From: Longimicrobiales bacterium
Lineage (GTDB): Bacteria > Gemmatimonadota > Gemmatimonadetes > Longimicrobiales > Gaopeijiaceae
Assembly (NCBI GenBank): GCA_965202805.1
Contig: OZ241869.1
Coordinates: forward strand, 160,001-224,000
Length of the DNA: 64,000 nt
Direction: 5' to 3'
Below are positions 48,872 through 60,729 of the stretch, one piece after another. Numbering within the stretch: the first letter of the stretch is position 1; each line of letters begins with the position of its first letter. A program made the translations under genes and the position numbers. The notes beneath the pieces are model-generated. The model was not told the DNA's origin. It saw nothing but the letters and a program-made list of their open reading frames with translations, and searched no databases.

Positions 48872-50449
48872 TTGACCCACCAGGAGCTCCTCGACCTGAT
48901 CGCCGAAGGCGAGGGTCCCGGGATCGAGTTCCAGCGCTCGCTCGGCCGAGACCTCGGGCGGGAGCTGTGCGCGTTCGCGAACGGAGATGGCGGGACGGTT
49001 CTGCTCGGCGTGTCCAAGTCCGGGGAAGTGGTCGGCGTCGGGAACCATCGCCGGACCCGCGTCAAGGTGCTTACCGTTGCCCGGTCGTCAGATCCGCCGA
49101 TCGTGGTGGAACTCCATAGCGTGGGCGAGGTGATGTGCGTGACCGTCCCGGCCCAGAAGTACAAGCCCTATTCCATCGGATGGCGCGCCTTCGTGCGCGA
49201 GGGAAGCGGCAGTCGGCGACTGACCAAAGCGGAGATCAAGGATCTCTACTACGCCGTCGGGCGCGCGCACTTCGACAAGGAGCCCTGCGAGGCCTTCTCG
49301 ATGAAGACCCATCTCGAGGCCGACCTCTGGGAGCGGTTCATCGGCCGGGCGAGGATTCCGGAAGCCATGCAGACGATCCTGGCGCTGCGCAACCTCGGCC
49401 TGGTCGACAACGAAGACCGGATGACCTACGCCGGCGCGTGGCTGCTCGCCCGGGACATCCGTCAATTCACGGAGGGCGCGTACGTATCCTGCGCTCTTTT
49501 TCGGGGAATCGAGGAGGCGGGAAGCCTCGAGCGGCAGGACTTCCACGCCTCGCTCCCGGAGATCGCGGACGAAGTGCTGACGTGGGTCCTGCGCAGAATC
49601 AACACCCAGTTCACGATCTGGGGTGAAGACGCCGAAGGGCGGCCCGAATTACCCGGGGAGGCCTTGCGCGAAGCGCTTGCGAACGCGATTGCCCACCGTG
49701 ACTACCGTTCCCGCAGCCAGGTGCAGGTACACGTCTTCAAGGACCGCGTCGAGATCACCAGCCCGGGTGGCCTGCCCGAGGGCATGAACGAGGCCGATCT
49801 GGGGACCAAGAGCGTTCCCCGCAATCCGCTGCTCTACGGCATGCTCGCCCGCATGGGCCTGGTGACAGGAATCGGTTCCGGCATGCGGCGCATGAAGTCG
49901 CTTTGCCGGGAGTACGGCGTCGAGGAACCCCGGATAGAGGTTTCCGGAAACCGGGTGACCACCAGCTTCAGGCGTCCCCCCGCCATCCGGCTTCAGCCGC
50001 CGACGATTGGCGACGAGCAACTCTCTACCATACAGGACAGCCTGTTTGCCATGCAGGATTCCGGGAAGATGGCTCCGGAGGGACCCGTCGATGAGGTGGA
50101 CCATGCAGGGCCGCAGACTGAAGGGCCCGGGTATCGTGCAGGATTCATGCAAGACTGGGAGGGGAACACCACGGTTCAGGTCCGGGAGCTGGTAAGGGTG
50201 CTGGATCGCGATCGATCCCGCGTGCAGATTCTCGAAGCTCTTGGCCTCAGAAACCGGAGCAACCTGGTGGTCAACTACCTGCGTCCGGCACTGGACGACG
50301 GCCTCGTCGAGATGACGATCCCGGACAAGCCCACGAGCGGCAGGCAGAGGTATCGGCTCACTCCCATGGGGCTTGAATTGCGGGCGGCGCTGGAAGAGGA
50401 TGCGCGCGCCCGGCGGGCCGGCGTTCTCGCGCCGCATGGCGCCGGGTGA
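48872..50449 (+). CDS. Schlafen/AlbA_2 + HATPase_c_4 (RecG-C-like) + HTH protein
   Basis: EGxxIEF, CAFANGDGG, LREALANAIAHRDY, SPGGLP, RNPLL, GSGM, LEMTIPDKPTSGRQRYRLT-type tail. Confidence 0.88.
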   Translation: MTHQELLDLIAEGEGPGIEFQRSLGRDLGRELCAFANGDGGTVLLGVSKSGEVVGVGNHRRTRVKVLTVARSSDPPIVVELHSVGEVMCVTVPAQKYKPYSIGWRAFVREGSGSRRLTKAEIKDLYYAVGRAHFDKEPCEAFSMKTHLEADLWERFIGRARIPEAMQTILALRNLGLVDNEDRMTYAGAWLLARDIRQFTEGAYVSCALFRGIEEAGSLERQDFHASLPEIADEVLTWVLRRINTQFTIWGEDAEGRPELPGEALREALANAIAHRDYRSRSQVQVHVFKDRVEITSPGGLPEGMNEADLGTKSVPRNPLLYGMLARMGLVTGIGSGMRRMKSLCREYGVEEPRIEVSGNRVTTSFRRPPAIRLQPPTIGDEQLSTIQDSLFAMQDSGKMAPEGPVDEVDHAGPQTEGPGYRAGFMQDWEGNTTVQVRELVRVLDRDRSRVQILEALGLRNRSNLVVNYLRPALDDGLVEMTIPDKPTSGRQRYRLTPMGLELRAALEEDARARRAGVLAPHGAG

Positions 50450-50476
50450 CGAGAAGCCCGGACGACACTCACCATC

Positions 50477-51658
50477 ATGCTCATCGCCGCCGCCGTCACG
50501 CTGGTCGTCTGGGTGGCGATGGCTCTCATCACCCTCTACAGCTACCGGCACGTCTTCCGCCTCGAAGAGATCGGGGAACCCCGCGAAGGCGATCCGCCGC
50601 TGCCCCGGCTGTCGGTGGTGGTGGCGGCCCGGAACGAGGAGCTCGGGGTGCAGCGGACGCTGGCATCGCTGCTCGACCTGGACTACCCGGACTACGAAGT
50701 GATCTTCGTCAACGATCGCTCCGACGACCGCACCGGCGACATCGCGAATCGCCTGGGCGCGGGGAACGACCGGCTGAGGGTGATTCACGTCGAGGAGTTG
50801 CCGGCGGGATGGTTCGGGAAGAACCACGCGTCCTGGCTCGGTGCGATGGCGGCACGCGGGGACGTGTTGCTCTTCACCGACGGGGACGTGGTGTTCGGGC
50901 GCGAGGCAGTGATGCGCGGCGTGCGCCACCTCCTCAGGAACAGGCTGGACCATCTCGCCGTTCTGCCCGCGCTGGTGATGCGGAGTCCGATGCTGCAGGC
51001 CTGCGTGATCGTGTTCCACTGGGGGGCGCACGTCACGGCGAGGCTGTGGCAGGTCCGCGACCCCGGGAGTGCGGCATCCTTCGGGGTCGGCGCCTACAAC
51101 CTGTTCCGGGCGGATTCCTACCGCGCCATCGGGGGACACAGGCAGGTGGCCCTGCGTCCCGACGAGGACTACCAGCTGGGGCGACTGGTGAAGTTGACCG
51201 GCCACCGCTCGGACCTGGTCCGGGCCCGGTCCAGTGTGCGTTGCGAGTGGTATCGGTCGGTCCGGAGCCTGGTCCGCGGGATGGAAAAGAACCTCTTCGC
51301 CTTCCGCGACTATCGGATTTCGGCCGTCCTGATCCAGACGGTCGGATTGCTGTGGACCGGGATCGCGCCATTCGTGCTGGGCGTCGCGCTGGCCCCGGTG
51401 GACGCTGCGTCCGCCGCGTTGTTCGCGGCTTCCGCAACGCTTGCCTGGGCGTTTGCCATATGCATCGCCAGGGCTTCCCGCTTCCGCTGGTGGACGGGAC
51501 TGTTGCTTCCGGTGGCCAGTGCGGTCATCGCCTGGAGTTGGTGGCGCTCCATGGTCGTCACACTCCGGGGACGACTGGCCTGGGGAGGTCCTGCGGTTCC
51601 GCTGTCGGAGTTGCGCGCGGCCCGGGTGCGGCCGTTGGACGATCGCCGGAGCGCGTGA
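50477..51658 (+). CDS. Membrane glycosyltransferase family 2 (CrtQ/HpnI-like)
   Basis: VAARNEE, VNDRSDD, GWFGKNHA, FTDGD, PDED; N- and C-terminal TM segments. Confidence 0.88.
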   Translation: MLIAAAVTLVVWVAMALITLYSYRHVFRLEEIGEPREGDPPLPRLSVVVAARNEELGVQRTLASLLDLDYPDYEVIFVNDRSDDRTGDIANRLGAGNDRLRVIHVEELPAGWFGKNHASWLGAMAARGDVLLFTDGDVVFGREAVMRGVRHLLRNRLDHLAVLPALVMRSPMLQACVIVFHWGAHVTARLWQVRDPGSAASFGVGAYNLFRADSYRAIGGHRQVALRPDEDYQLGRLVKLTGHRSDLVRARSSVRCEWYRSVRSLVRGMEKNLFAFRDYRISAVLIQTVGLLWTGIAPFVLGVALAPVDAASAALFAASATLAWAFAICIARASRFRWWTGLLLPVASAVIAWSWWRSMVVTLRGRLAWGGPAVPLSELRAARVRPLDDRRSA

Positions 51659-51725
51659 CTATTGTCGAGTCGTTGGCTGGAGGAGACCAGGGACGACAGA
51701 TAATGATCAGCACGGAGAGAATACA

Positions 51726-54700
51726 GTGTCGAAATACGCCACCGTCGTAGTCGCGATCGGTCTCGCCTCCGGGGGATTCCCCGTCCCGGCAGGCGCTCAG
51801 GCACCGTCCCCGGGCGAGCCCGAGGGGACGATCCAGGTCAGGATCAGCGAGGGCACCAACGTGGCCGTTGCGCTCTCGCCGGACGAGGGCACGCTCGCGC
51901 TCGATCTGCTGGGCCGCATCTGGGTGATGCCCGCGGGCGGAGGAGCCGCCGCGCCGCTCACGGATCCGGTGGGCGATGCACGCCAGCCCGCCTGGTCGCC
52001 GGACGGGAGCCGCATCGCGTTCCAGGCGTACTGGGACGGCAACTACCACATCTGGAGCGTGGGCGCGGACGGGACGGGGTTGCGCCAGCACACGCGCGGC
52101 CGGTTCGACCATCGTGAACCCCATTGGTCACCGGACGGGGCCCGCCTTGCGTTTTCCTCGGACCGGGGCGGGAGCTACGACGTATGGGTGATGGGAGTGG
52201 ACGAGGGGGATCCCGAACGGCTGACGGACTGGCCGGGCAACGAGTACGGGCCCGCGTTTTCTCCGGATGGCCGGGAGGTCGCCTTTGCGGCGGATGGCGG
52301 CCGGCCCGGGATCTGGCTGACCGGGAGCGCCGGGCTTCCGGTTCTTCCCGGGGATTCTCAGCCGCGGAGGGTTGCGGAAGGGGATGGGGGCGAGCTGAAC
52401 GCGCCTTCGTGGAGCGCGGATGGAGCCACGCTCTCCTTCAACTCCGTGGGAGACGGGCGCTCGCGCCTGTACGCGGTGGCCGTGAGCGGAGGAGAGCCGC
52501 GTGCGGTCACCGGAGAGGAGGAGGACGTCTTTCCTTCCGTGCGTCCTGGACGGCCGCCGGCGACCTGTTCCATACGGGCGACGGACGGGTGCGGTGGCGT
52601 CGGGGCGACGGAAGCGGCCGGCGGGACGTGGCGTTCTCGGCGACGGTCGCGCTCGATCGGGCCGACTACCGGCGGCGGCCGCGTGACCTGCGGGCGCCCG
52701 GCCCGTTCCCGGTGCGCGGCATCGTCTCGCCGGCGGTCTCGCCCGACGGAACGCGGGTGGCGTTCTCGGCGCTGGGCGACCTCTGGCTGCACACCATCGG
52801 CGGGGATGCGGAGCGCCTCACCGACGACCCGTGGATCGAGGCCGACCCGGCCTGGTCGCCCGCCGGCGGCCGCCTTGCGTTCGCTTCCGACCGCGACGGG
52901 TCGCTCGACCTGCACGTGCACGACCTGGCTGCGGGGACCGCCCGCCGGGTGACCGGAGGGGCCGCCGCCACCCTGCCTTCGTGGTCGCCGGACGGGAGCC
53001 GCATCGCCTTCGTGGGTTCGGCGGCCGGGACGGCGGTGCAGGTGGTCGACCTGGCGACCGGCGCGGTGGAGACCCTGCGCGCCGGGCTGAACGGGGCGGG
53101 GCGGCCTTCCTGGTCGCCCGACGGCACATCCGTGCTGGTCTCCGCCCTCTCGCCCTATTCGGGGCGCTTCCGGGAGGGCGTGAACCGCGCGCTGGTGGTA
53201 TCCGCCCGCCCTCTGCGCACCGCCGATGCGGCCGGGGTGGGCGGATGGCGCGCGCTTCCCCCTCCGCCTGTGGAATCGCGCCCGGCCGCCGACGCGCGCG
53301 GTACCGCGGCGAATGACCGGCGCCCGACCGCCGAGCGCGGGTGGCCCCCGCCGCCCCCAACGCCCGCCCGCCCCGTCCACCGCGGCCACGGCCACACCCA
53401 CGACCTGCCCGCCTGGGCGGGCGGGCACCCGGCGCCGGTCGCCCTGTTCACCACCAACTTCCAGGCCGCCGACCGCTACCTCGACCTGCCCCTGCACGGG
53501 TCGGTCGGCAGCCGCGCCAACGACGGCCCGGCGTGGTCGCCGGACGGCCGCCAGGTGGCCTACATCTCCGACGGCGTGCTGTGGACGGTCGCCATGACCC
53601 CCGAGGGCGAGACCGCCGACCTCCCCCGCCGCCTCACCAACCAGGCCGCCGACGACCCCACCTGGACGGGCGACTCGCGCTTCATCGTCTACCTGAGCGA
53701 CGACCGCCTGCGCCGCGTCGACGCGCTCACCGGCGCCGCCGAGGACATCACGCCCGCCCTCGACTGGACGCGGGCGGCGCCTCCCGCATCGGTGCTGGTG
53801 CGCGCCGGCGCCCTCTTCGACGGCCGCTCCGAAACGCTCCGCCGCAACGTGGACATCGTCATCGAGGACGGCGTGATCACCGAGGTGGCCGACCGCGACC
53901 CCGCGCGCACCGCCGACCGGGTCGTCGACGCCGCCGGCCAGGTGGTCATGCCCGGCCTGATCGAGATGCACACCCACGGCGGCCTGGCCGACGGGGAGGC
54001 CAAGGGCCGGCTCTGGCTCTCCTGGGGGGTGACCGCGACCCGCTGCCCCGCCTGCGACGGCTACGAGCTCACCGAAGCCAAGGAGGCCGGCGAGTCCGGC
54101 CGGCGCATCGCGCCGCGCATCTTCGGGACCGGCGGCACCATCGACGGCAGCCGCATCTACTACCCGAACGCGCCCGCCCTGGGCGCGAGCGCGCAGGTGG
54201 GGCTGCAGATGGGACGCGCCGCCACCCTCGGCCACGACATGATCAAGACCTACGTGCGCCTCTCGGACCCGATGCAGCGCCGGGCGATCGCCGAGGCGCA
54301 CGCCCTCGGGATTCCGGTCAGTTCGCACGAGCTCTATCCGGCGGTCGCCTACGGCGGCGACGGGGTGGAGCATGTGCGCGGCACCAGCCGGCGCGGCTAC
54401 TCCACCAAGGTCTCCGAGACCAACGGCATCTACGCCGACGCGGTCGATCTGCTGGCAGCCTCGGGCATGACCCTCACGCCCACGGTCGGCATCTACGGCG
54501 GCTACGGCCTTCTCGCCGGCGAGACACCCGGGTTCTTCGACGACCCGCGCGTGGACGCCTTCTCTCCGGATGCCGCTGCCAGCGCGCCCGTCCCTCCGGA
54601 CCTGGAACTGGCGCGCCGCATGGTCGAACGCATGTCCTCCCTCCCGCGCCGCGTGCTCGAGGGCGGGGGCCGGGTCATCATGGGCACCGACTCGCCCATC

Positions 54701-54976
54701 ATCCCGCGCGGCCTCAGCCTGCACGCGGAGATGGAGATCCTGGTCCGCTACGGGCGCATGCGTCCCGTCGACGTCCTGCGCGCCACCACCTCGGAGTCGG
54801 GCGATGCCCTAGGGTACGAGAACCGCCTCGGCGTGGTCGCTCCCGGCGCATTCGCCGACCTGATCGTCCTCGACGAGAATCCCCTGCGCGACATCGCCGC
54901 GACCCGCTCGGTGCGCACGGTCATCCTGGGCGGAGCCGTGCATACCGTGGAGGAACTGCTTCAGCGGCCAGAATAG
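51726..54976 (+). pseudogene. PD40-repeat + amidohydrolase protein split by a single-base frameshift near 52536 (pseudogene or sequence error)
   Basis: ORF 51441..52952 gives the signal peptide and WSPDG repeats up to EDVFP; ORF 52124..54976 continues FRASW..., with HTH, IKTY, EH and GTDSP metal motifs intact. Confidence 0.75.
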
Positions 54977-54992
54977 CGTGAGCCTCCGTAAC

Positions 54993-55026
54993 CTTGCAAA
55001 TCAAAATGATATTTTTATTTTGCAAG
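54993..55026. promoter_or_regulatory. AT-rich inverted repeat/promoter upstream of the AAA_14 gene
   Basis: CTTGCAAATCAAAAT-GAT-ATTTTTATTTTGCAAG; includes TTGCAA-N16-TATTTT. Confidence 0.65.
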
Positions 55027-55164
55027 ATTGCGACCCGGAGGCAGGCATCAAGGATAACACCTCCGGGGACGTGGGGTGACCGATCGCGAAGCGCAGGGTA
55101 CGGTGCCCGGAGCCCGGGATGCTCTCTCGCGGAGCTTGGAAATGAGTCGCTGGGGAGCGTCGGA

Positions 55165-56346
55165 ATGATCGCTCGAAGAGCACTGGCGGACGTGCAAACC
55201 GCGCTTTCGCGCCAGGCGGCCGTCGCGCTGCTCGGTCCCCGACAGGTGGGCAAGACGACGCTGGCGCTCGAAGTGGCGCGGGCGCATCGGGCGCTCTACC
55301 TGGATCTGCAATCGCGCGAAGACCGGGAGAAGCTCCGTCATCCCCGCGTTTTTCTGCGAAGGTACGAGGATCGCCTGGTGATCCTGGATGAGATCCACCG
55401 GACGCCCGAGCTGTTTTCCGACCTCCGGGGCCTCATCGACGAAGGCCGGCGCCACGGTCGTCGCACAGGGCGATTCCTCATTCTCGGGTCCGCCTCCATG
55501 GAGCTGCTCCGGCAGGCGGGCGAGACCCTTGCCGGCAGGATCGAGTTCGTGTCCCTGCATCCGCTGGATGTGCTGGAGGTGTCCGCTGCCGACGACACCA
55601 GGGACTCGCTCTGGCTTCGAGGGGGCTTTCCCGATGCGTTCCTCGCGGGGAGTGACGGGGACAGCCTGGTTTTTCGCCAGAACTTCATCCGAACGTACCT
55701 GGAACGGGACCTGGCCGAGTTCGTCCAGGCCCGCATTCCGGCGGAAACCCTCCTGCGGCTGTGGACCATGCTGGCCCACGGGCAGGGCGGGCTGCTGTCC
55801 TCCGCCTCTCTGGCGAAGGGCCTCTCCGTCAGCGCCCCAACCGTGACGCGCTACGTAGACACGTTGTCCGGCCTCTTCCTGATTCGCCGACTGCCGCCCT
55901 TTGCGGCCAACGTGCGCAAGCGGCTCGTCAAGTCGCCCAAGGTCTATATCCGTGACAGCGGCGTCGTGCACGCGCTGCTGGGGATCGGCAACTTCGAGGC
56001 GCTCGCCGGGCATCCGATCGTCGGCACCAGTTGGGAGGGGTTCGTCATCGAGAACCTGCTCGCGGCAGCCCCTCCTCTGACCCGCGCCAGCTTCTACAGG
56101 ACGGCGGCTGGCGCCGAAATGGACCTCGTGCTGGAACTGCCCGGCTACCGCCGCCCCTGGGCGGTCGAGGTCAAGCGCAGCATGGCGACGAGCCTCGGCA
56201 GGGGCTTCCACAACGCCATGGGCGACCTCGGGCCCGAGCGAACATTCGTCGTCTGTGCCGATCAGGGCCGCTACGAGATCGCGGTCGGGACCGAGGTGAT
56301 CGGCCTTCGGGAGATGACGGCCCTGCTGACCGGTCTCGCCATGTGA
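55165..56346 (+). CDS. AAA_14 ATPase with DUF4143 (PD-(D/E)xK-like) domain
   Basis: GPRQVGKTT, LDEIH, GSAS, LAGR, KRLVKSPKVYIRDSG, EMDLV...VEVK. Confidence 0.92.
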   Translation: MIARRALADVQTALSRQAAVALLGPRQVGKTTLALEVARAHRALYLDLQSREDREKLRHPRVFLRRYEDRLVILDEIHRTPELFSDLRGLIDEGRRHGRRTGRFLILGSASMELLRQAGETLAGRIEFVSLHPLDVLEVSAADDTRDSLWLRGGFPDAFLAGSDGDSLVFRQNFIRTYLERDLAEFVQARIPAETLLRLWTMLAHGQGGLLSSASLAKGLSVSAPTVTRYVDTLSGLFLIRRLPPFAANVRKRLVKSPKVYIRDSGVVHALLGIGNFEALAGHPIVGTSWEGFVIENLLAAAPPLTRASFYRTAAGAEMDLVLELPGYRRPWAVEVKRSMATSLGRGFHNAMGDLGPERTFVVCADQGRYEIAVGTEVIGLREMTALLTGLAM

Positions 56347-56399
56347 ACCAACCGGCGCGGGCTCGCCATCCGCGGGCTGTCTGGCGCTCTCCGGAAGGG

Positions 56400-56427
56400 T
56401 TGACATCCGTTATCGCCGGGATACCTT
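56400..56427 (+). promoter_or_regulatory. groESL sigma70 promoter
   Basis: TTGACA-N16-TACCTT immediately upstream of CIRCE. Confidence 0.7.
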
Positions 56428-56436
56428 TCTTGGCTG

Positions 56437-56463
56437 TTAGCACTCCTCGGAGTCGAGTGCTAA
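56437..56463 (+). promoter_or_regulatory. CIRCE element (HrcA operator)
   Basis: Perfect TTAGCACTC-N9-GAGTGCTAA. Confidence 0.97.
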
Positions 56464-56535
56464 CAACCGCTCGCGCCGGAGATCCGGCCCGGAAGCCAAC
56501 TGTATTCGGACCACCATTCACAGGAGAACCCACGC

Positions 56536-56847
56536 ATGGCAACGAGTGCAGCGAACAGAATCAAGCCGCTCGCCGACCGGGTCGTCGTCCAGGCGGCCGA
56601 GGAGACGGAGCAGACCCGCGGCGGCCTCTACATCCCGGACACGGCCCAGAAGGAGAAGCCCCAGCAGGGCACCGTGCTTGCGGTCGGCCCCGGGAAGCAG
56701 TCCGACGACGGCACGCGCATCGACCCCGACGTGTCCGTCGGCGACACCGTCCTGTACGGCAAGTACAGCGGCACCGAGGTCACGGTGGACGACGAGGAAC
56801 TGCTGATCCTCCGCGAGTCGGACATCCTCGCCATCATCACCGACTAG
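56536..56847 (+). CDS. groES: Co-chaperonin GroES
   Basis: [35 protein letters not shown]. Confidence 0.98.
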   Translation: MATSAANRIKPLADRVVVQAAEETEQTRGGLYIPDTAQKEKPQQGTVLAVGPGKQSDDGTRIDPDVSVGDTVLYGKYSGTEVTVDDEELLILRESDILAIITD

Positions 56848-56939
56848 CACCTCCACCCCCAAGAAGCCGCACGGCAACAACGACGAGCAGGTGAGCGGCC
56901 GGGCGCCGCTCGCGGCTCTAAACAGAGGAGAAAGAAAGC

Positions 56940-58583
<1,644 letters not shown>

Positions 58584-58649
58584 CCCGCGTGGCATGCGAC
58601 AGTCCTGAACTCGTCAGGCCGGAGGTCGCTCCGGCCCGTGCGAGACATT

Positions 58650-58685
58650 CGAGGAGCCCGGGCGCCGAGTCGTCCGGGCTCCTCG
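58650..58685 (+). terminator. Strong stem-loop after groEL (probable terminator/3' stabiliser)
   Basis: 15-bp stem CGAGGAGCCCGGGCG/CGTCCGGGCTCCTCG with 6-nt loop; no clear U-tract. Confidence 0.5.
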
Positions 58686-58805
58686 CCGTTGGGGGCCGAC
58701 CCTGCCGCGAGCCCATCGCCGGCGCGCCGACACAATCCGGGCCCGACCGTGTATGTTCCGCGTCCCCTGTCCCGCGAAACCTGAACCCCGCAACCCCGAA
58801 GATCG

Positions 58806-60728
58806 ATGGCTGACGAATCCATGCAGGTGCGGCTCCCCGACGGCAGCTCGGTCGAGACGCCCCTCGGCAGCAGCGCCGCCGACATCGCGGCCGGCATCGG
58901 CCCCGGACTGGCCCGCGCCGCCCTGGCGGCCGTGGTCGACGACGAGGTGGTCGATCTGGCCCGGCCGGTATCGGCGGGCGCCGAAGTACGCATCCTCACC
59001 AGCAGGGACGCCGACGCGCTCCCCGTGCTGCGCCACTCGGCCGCGCACGTCCTGGCCACCGCGGTACGCGAGCTGCATCCGACCGCGGGCATCGGCTTCG
59101 GCCCCGCGATCGACGACGGCTTCTACTACGACTTCGAGGTCGATGAGCCGTTCACCCCCGAGGACCTGGAGGCCTTCGAGGCGCGCATGCGCGACATCGT
59201 GGCCGCCGACTATCCCTTCGAGCGGCGCCGCGTCAGCAAGGAGGAGGCCCGGGAACTGTTCGCCGACGATCCGCTCAAGCTTGAGCGGCTGGAGGAGTTC
59301 GAGGACGACGAGGTGATCACCGTCTACCGGGACGGCCCCTTTCTCGATCTGTGCCGCGGGCCGCACGTGCCCTCCACCGGCGGCGTGAAGCACTTCAAGC
59401 TGCTCTCCGCCGCGGGCGCCTACTGGAGGGGGGACGAGAAGCGGCAGATGCTGCAGCGCATCTACGGCACCGCGTTCTTCAGCCGGAAGGCGCTGGAGGC
59501 CCATCTGGAGCGGCTGGCGGAGGCGCGGCGGCGCGATCACCGCGTGCTCGGCAGGGAACTGGACCTGTTCAGCATCCAGGAGGAGGTCGGGTCCGGGTTC
59601 ATCCTCTGGCATCCGAACGGCGGCCTGGTGCGCCATACGGTGGAGGAGTTCCTGAAGACGACGCTGCTCGAGCACGGCTACGAGCTGGTCTACACCCCGC
59701 ACGTCGCGCGCGAGGAGCTGTACCGCATATCCGGGCACCTGGAGGTCTTCAGCGAAGACATGTTCCCCCCGATCGCGGACGAGGGGCACCGCTTCCGCAT
59801 GAAGCCGATGAACTGCCCGCATCACTTCATGATCTACCGTTCGCAGAGCCGCTCCTACCGGGATCTGCCGCTGCGCTACGCGGAACTCGGCACCTGCTAC
59901 CGCTACGAGCGCACGGGCACGCTGCACGGGATGCTGCGCGTGCGGGCGTTCACGCAGGACGACGCCCACATCTTCGTGCGCGAGGACCAGATCAGCGATG
60001 AGTACCATCGCCTGCTGGATCTGGTGGCGTACCTGCTGGAGGTGTTCGGCTACGAGTTCGAGGTGGCTCTCTCGACGCGTCCCGAGAAGGCGATCGGCGA
60101 CCCCGCGGTCTACGACGCCGCGGTGGGCACGCTCGCAGCCGTGCTCGAGGAACGCGGGCAGGAGTACGAGATCGACGAGGGCGGAGGCGCGTTCTATGGC
60201 CCCAAGGTGGACATTCTGCTCGTGGATGCGCTGGGGCGGAAGTGGCAGGGCCCAACCTTCCAGCTCGATTTTCTGATGCCCGAGCGCTTCGGCCTCGACT
60301 ACGTGGGGTCCGACAACCAGCGGCACAACGTGGTGGTCATCCACCGCACCATGCTGGGGTCGATGGAGCGATTCATCGGCGGGCTGGTGGAGCACTACGC
60401 GGGCGCCTTCCCGGTGTGGCTGGCCCCGGAGCAGGTGCGCGTCCTCCCGGTCTCGGAGGTGTGGAGCGAGAGCGCCCGCGAGCTGGTGGACCTCCTGTGC
60501 GCGAAGGGGGTGCGCGCCCGCCTGGACGACCAGGACACCCTCGGCTACCGCATCCGCGAGGCGGAGGTGAAGAAGGTGCCCTACATGGGCGTGGTGGGGA
60601 AGCGCGAAGCCGAGGCGGGGACCGTGGCGGTGCGCAGGCGCGGCGCGGGCAGGAAGCAGGTGGTCATGGAGCGGGAGGCGTTCGCCGGGCAGGTCGCGGA
60701 GGACATCCGCAGCCGGGCGCGCTGGTAG
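58806..60728 (+). CDS. thrS: Threonine--tRNA ligase
   Basis: TGS domain, RHSAAH, DLCRGPH, KPMNCPHH, GAFYGPK, GSMERFIG. Confidence 0.98.
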   Translation: MADESMQVRLPDGSSVETPLGSSAADIAAGIGPGLARAALAAVVDDEVVDLARPVSAGAEVRILTSRDADALPVLRHSAAHVLATAVRELHPTAGIGFGPAIDDGFYYDFEVDEPFTPEDLEAFEARMRDIVAADYPFERRRVSKEEARELFADDPLKLERLEEFEDDEVITVYRDGPFLDLCRGPHVPSTGGVKHFKLLSAAGAYWRGDEKRQMLQRIYGTAFFSRKALEAHLERLAEARRRDHRVLGRELDLFSIQEEVGSGFILWHPNGGLVRHTVEEFLKTTLLEHGYELVYTPHVAREELYRISGHLEVFSEDMFPPIADEGHRFRMKPMNCPHHFMIYRSQSRSYRDLPLRYAELGTCYRYERTGTLHGMLRVRAFTQDDAHIFVREDQISDEYHRLLDLVAYLLEVFGYEFEVALSTRPEKAIGDPAVYDAAVGTLAAVLEERGQEYEIDEGGGAFYGPKVDILLVDALGRKWQGPTFQLDFLMPERFGLDYVGSDNQRHNVVVIHRTMLGSMERFIGGLVEHYAGAFPVWLAPEQVRVLPVSEVWSESARELVDLLCAKGVRARLDDQDTLGYRIREAEVKKVPYMGVVGKREAEAGTVAVRRRGAGRKQVVMEREAFAGQVAEDIRSRARW

Positions 60729-60729
60729 A

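Noticed and set aside
52530..52540. Programmed -1 ribosomal frameshift
   Set aside because: No X_XXY_YYZ slippery heptamer at the junction
58584..58805. T-box riboswitch or tRNA upstream of thrS
   Set aside because: Several hairpins, but no T-box GGTGGNACCGCG motif and no TTCGA T-loop/CCA cloverleaf geometry
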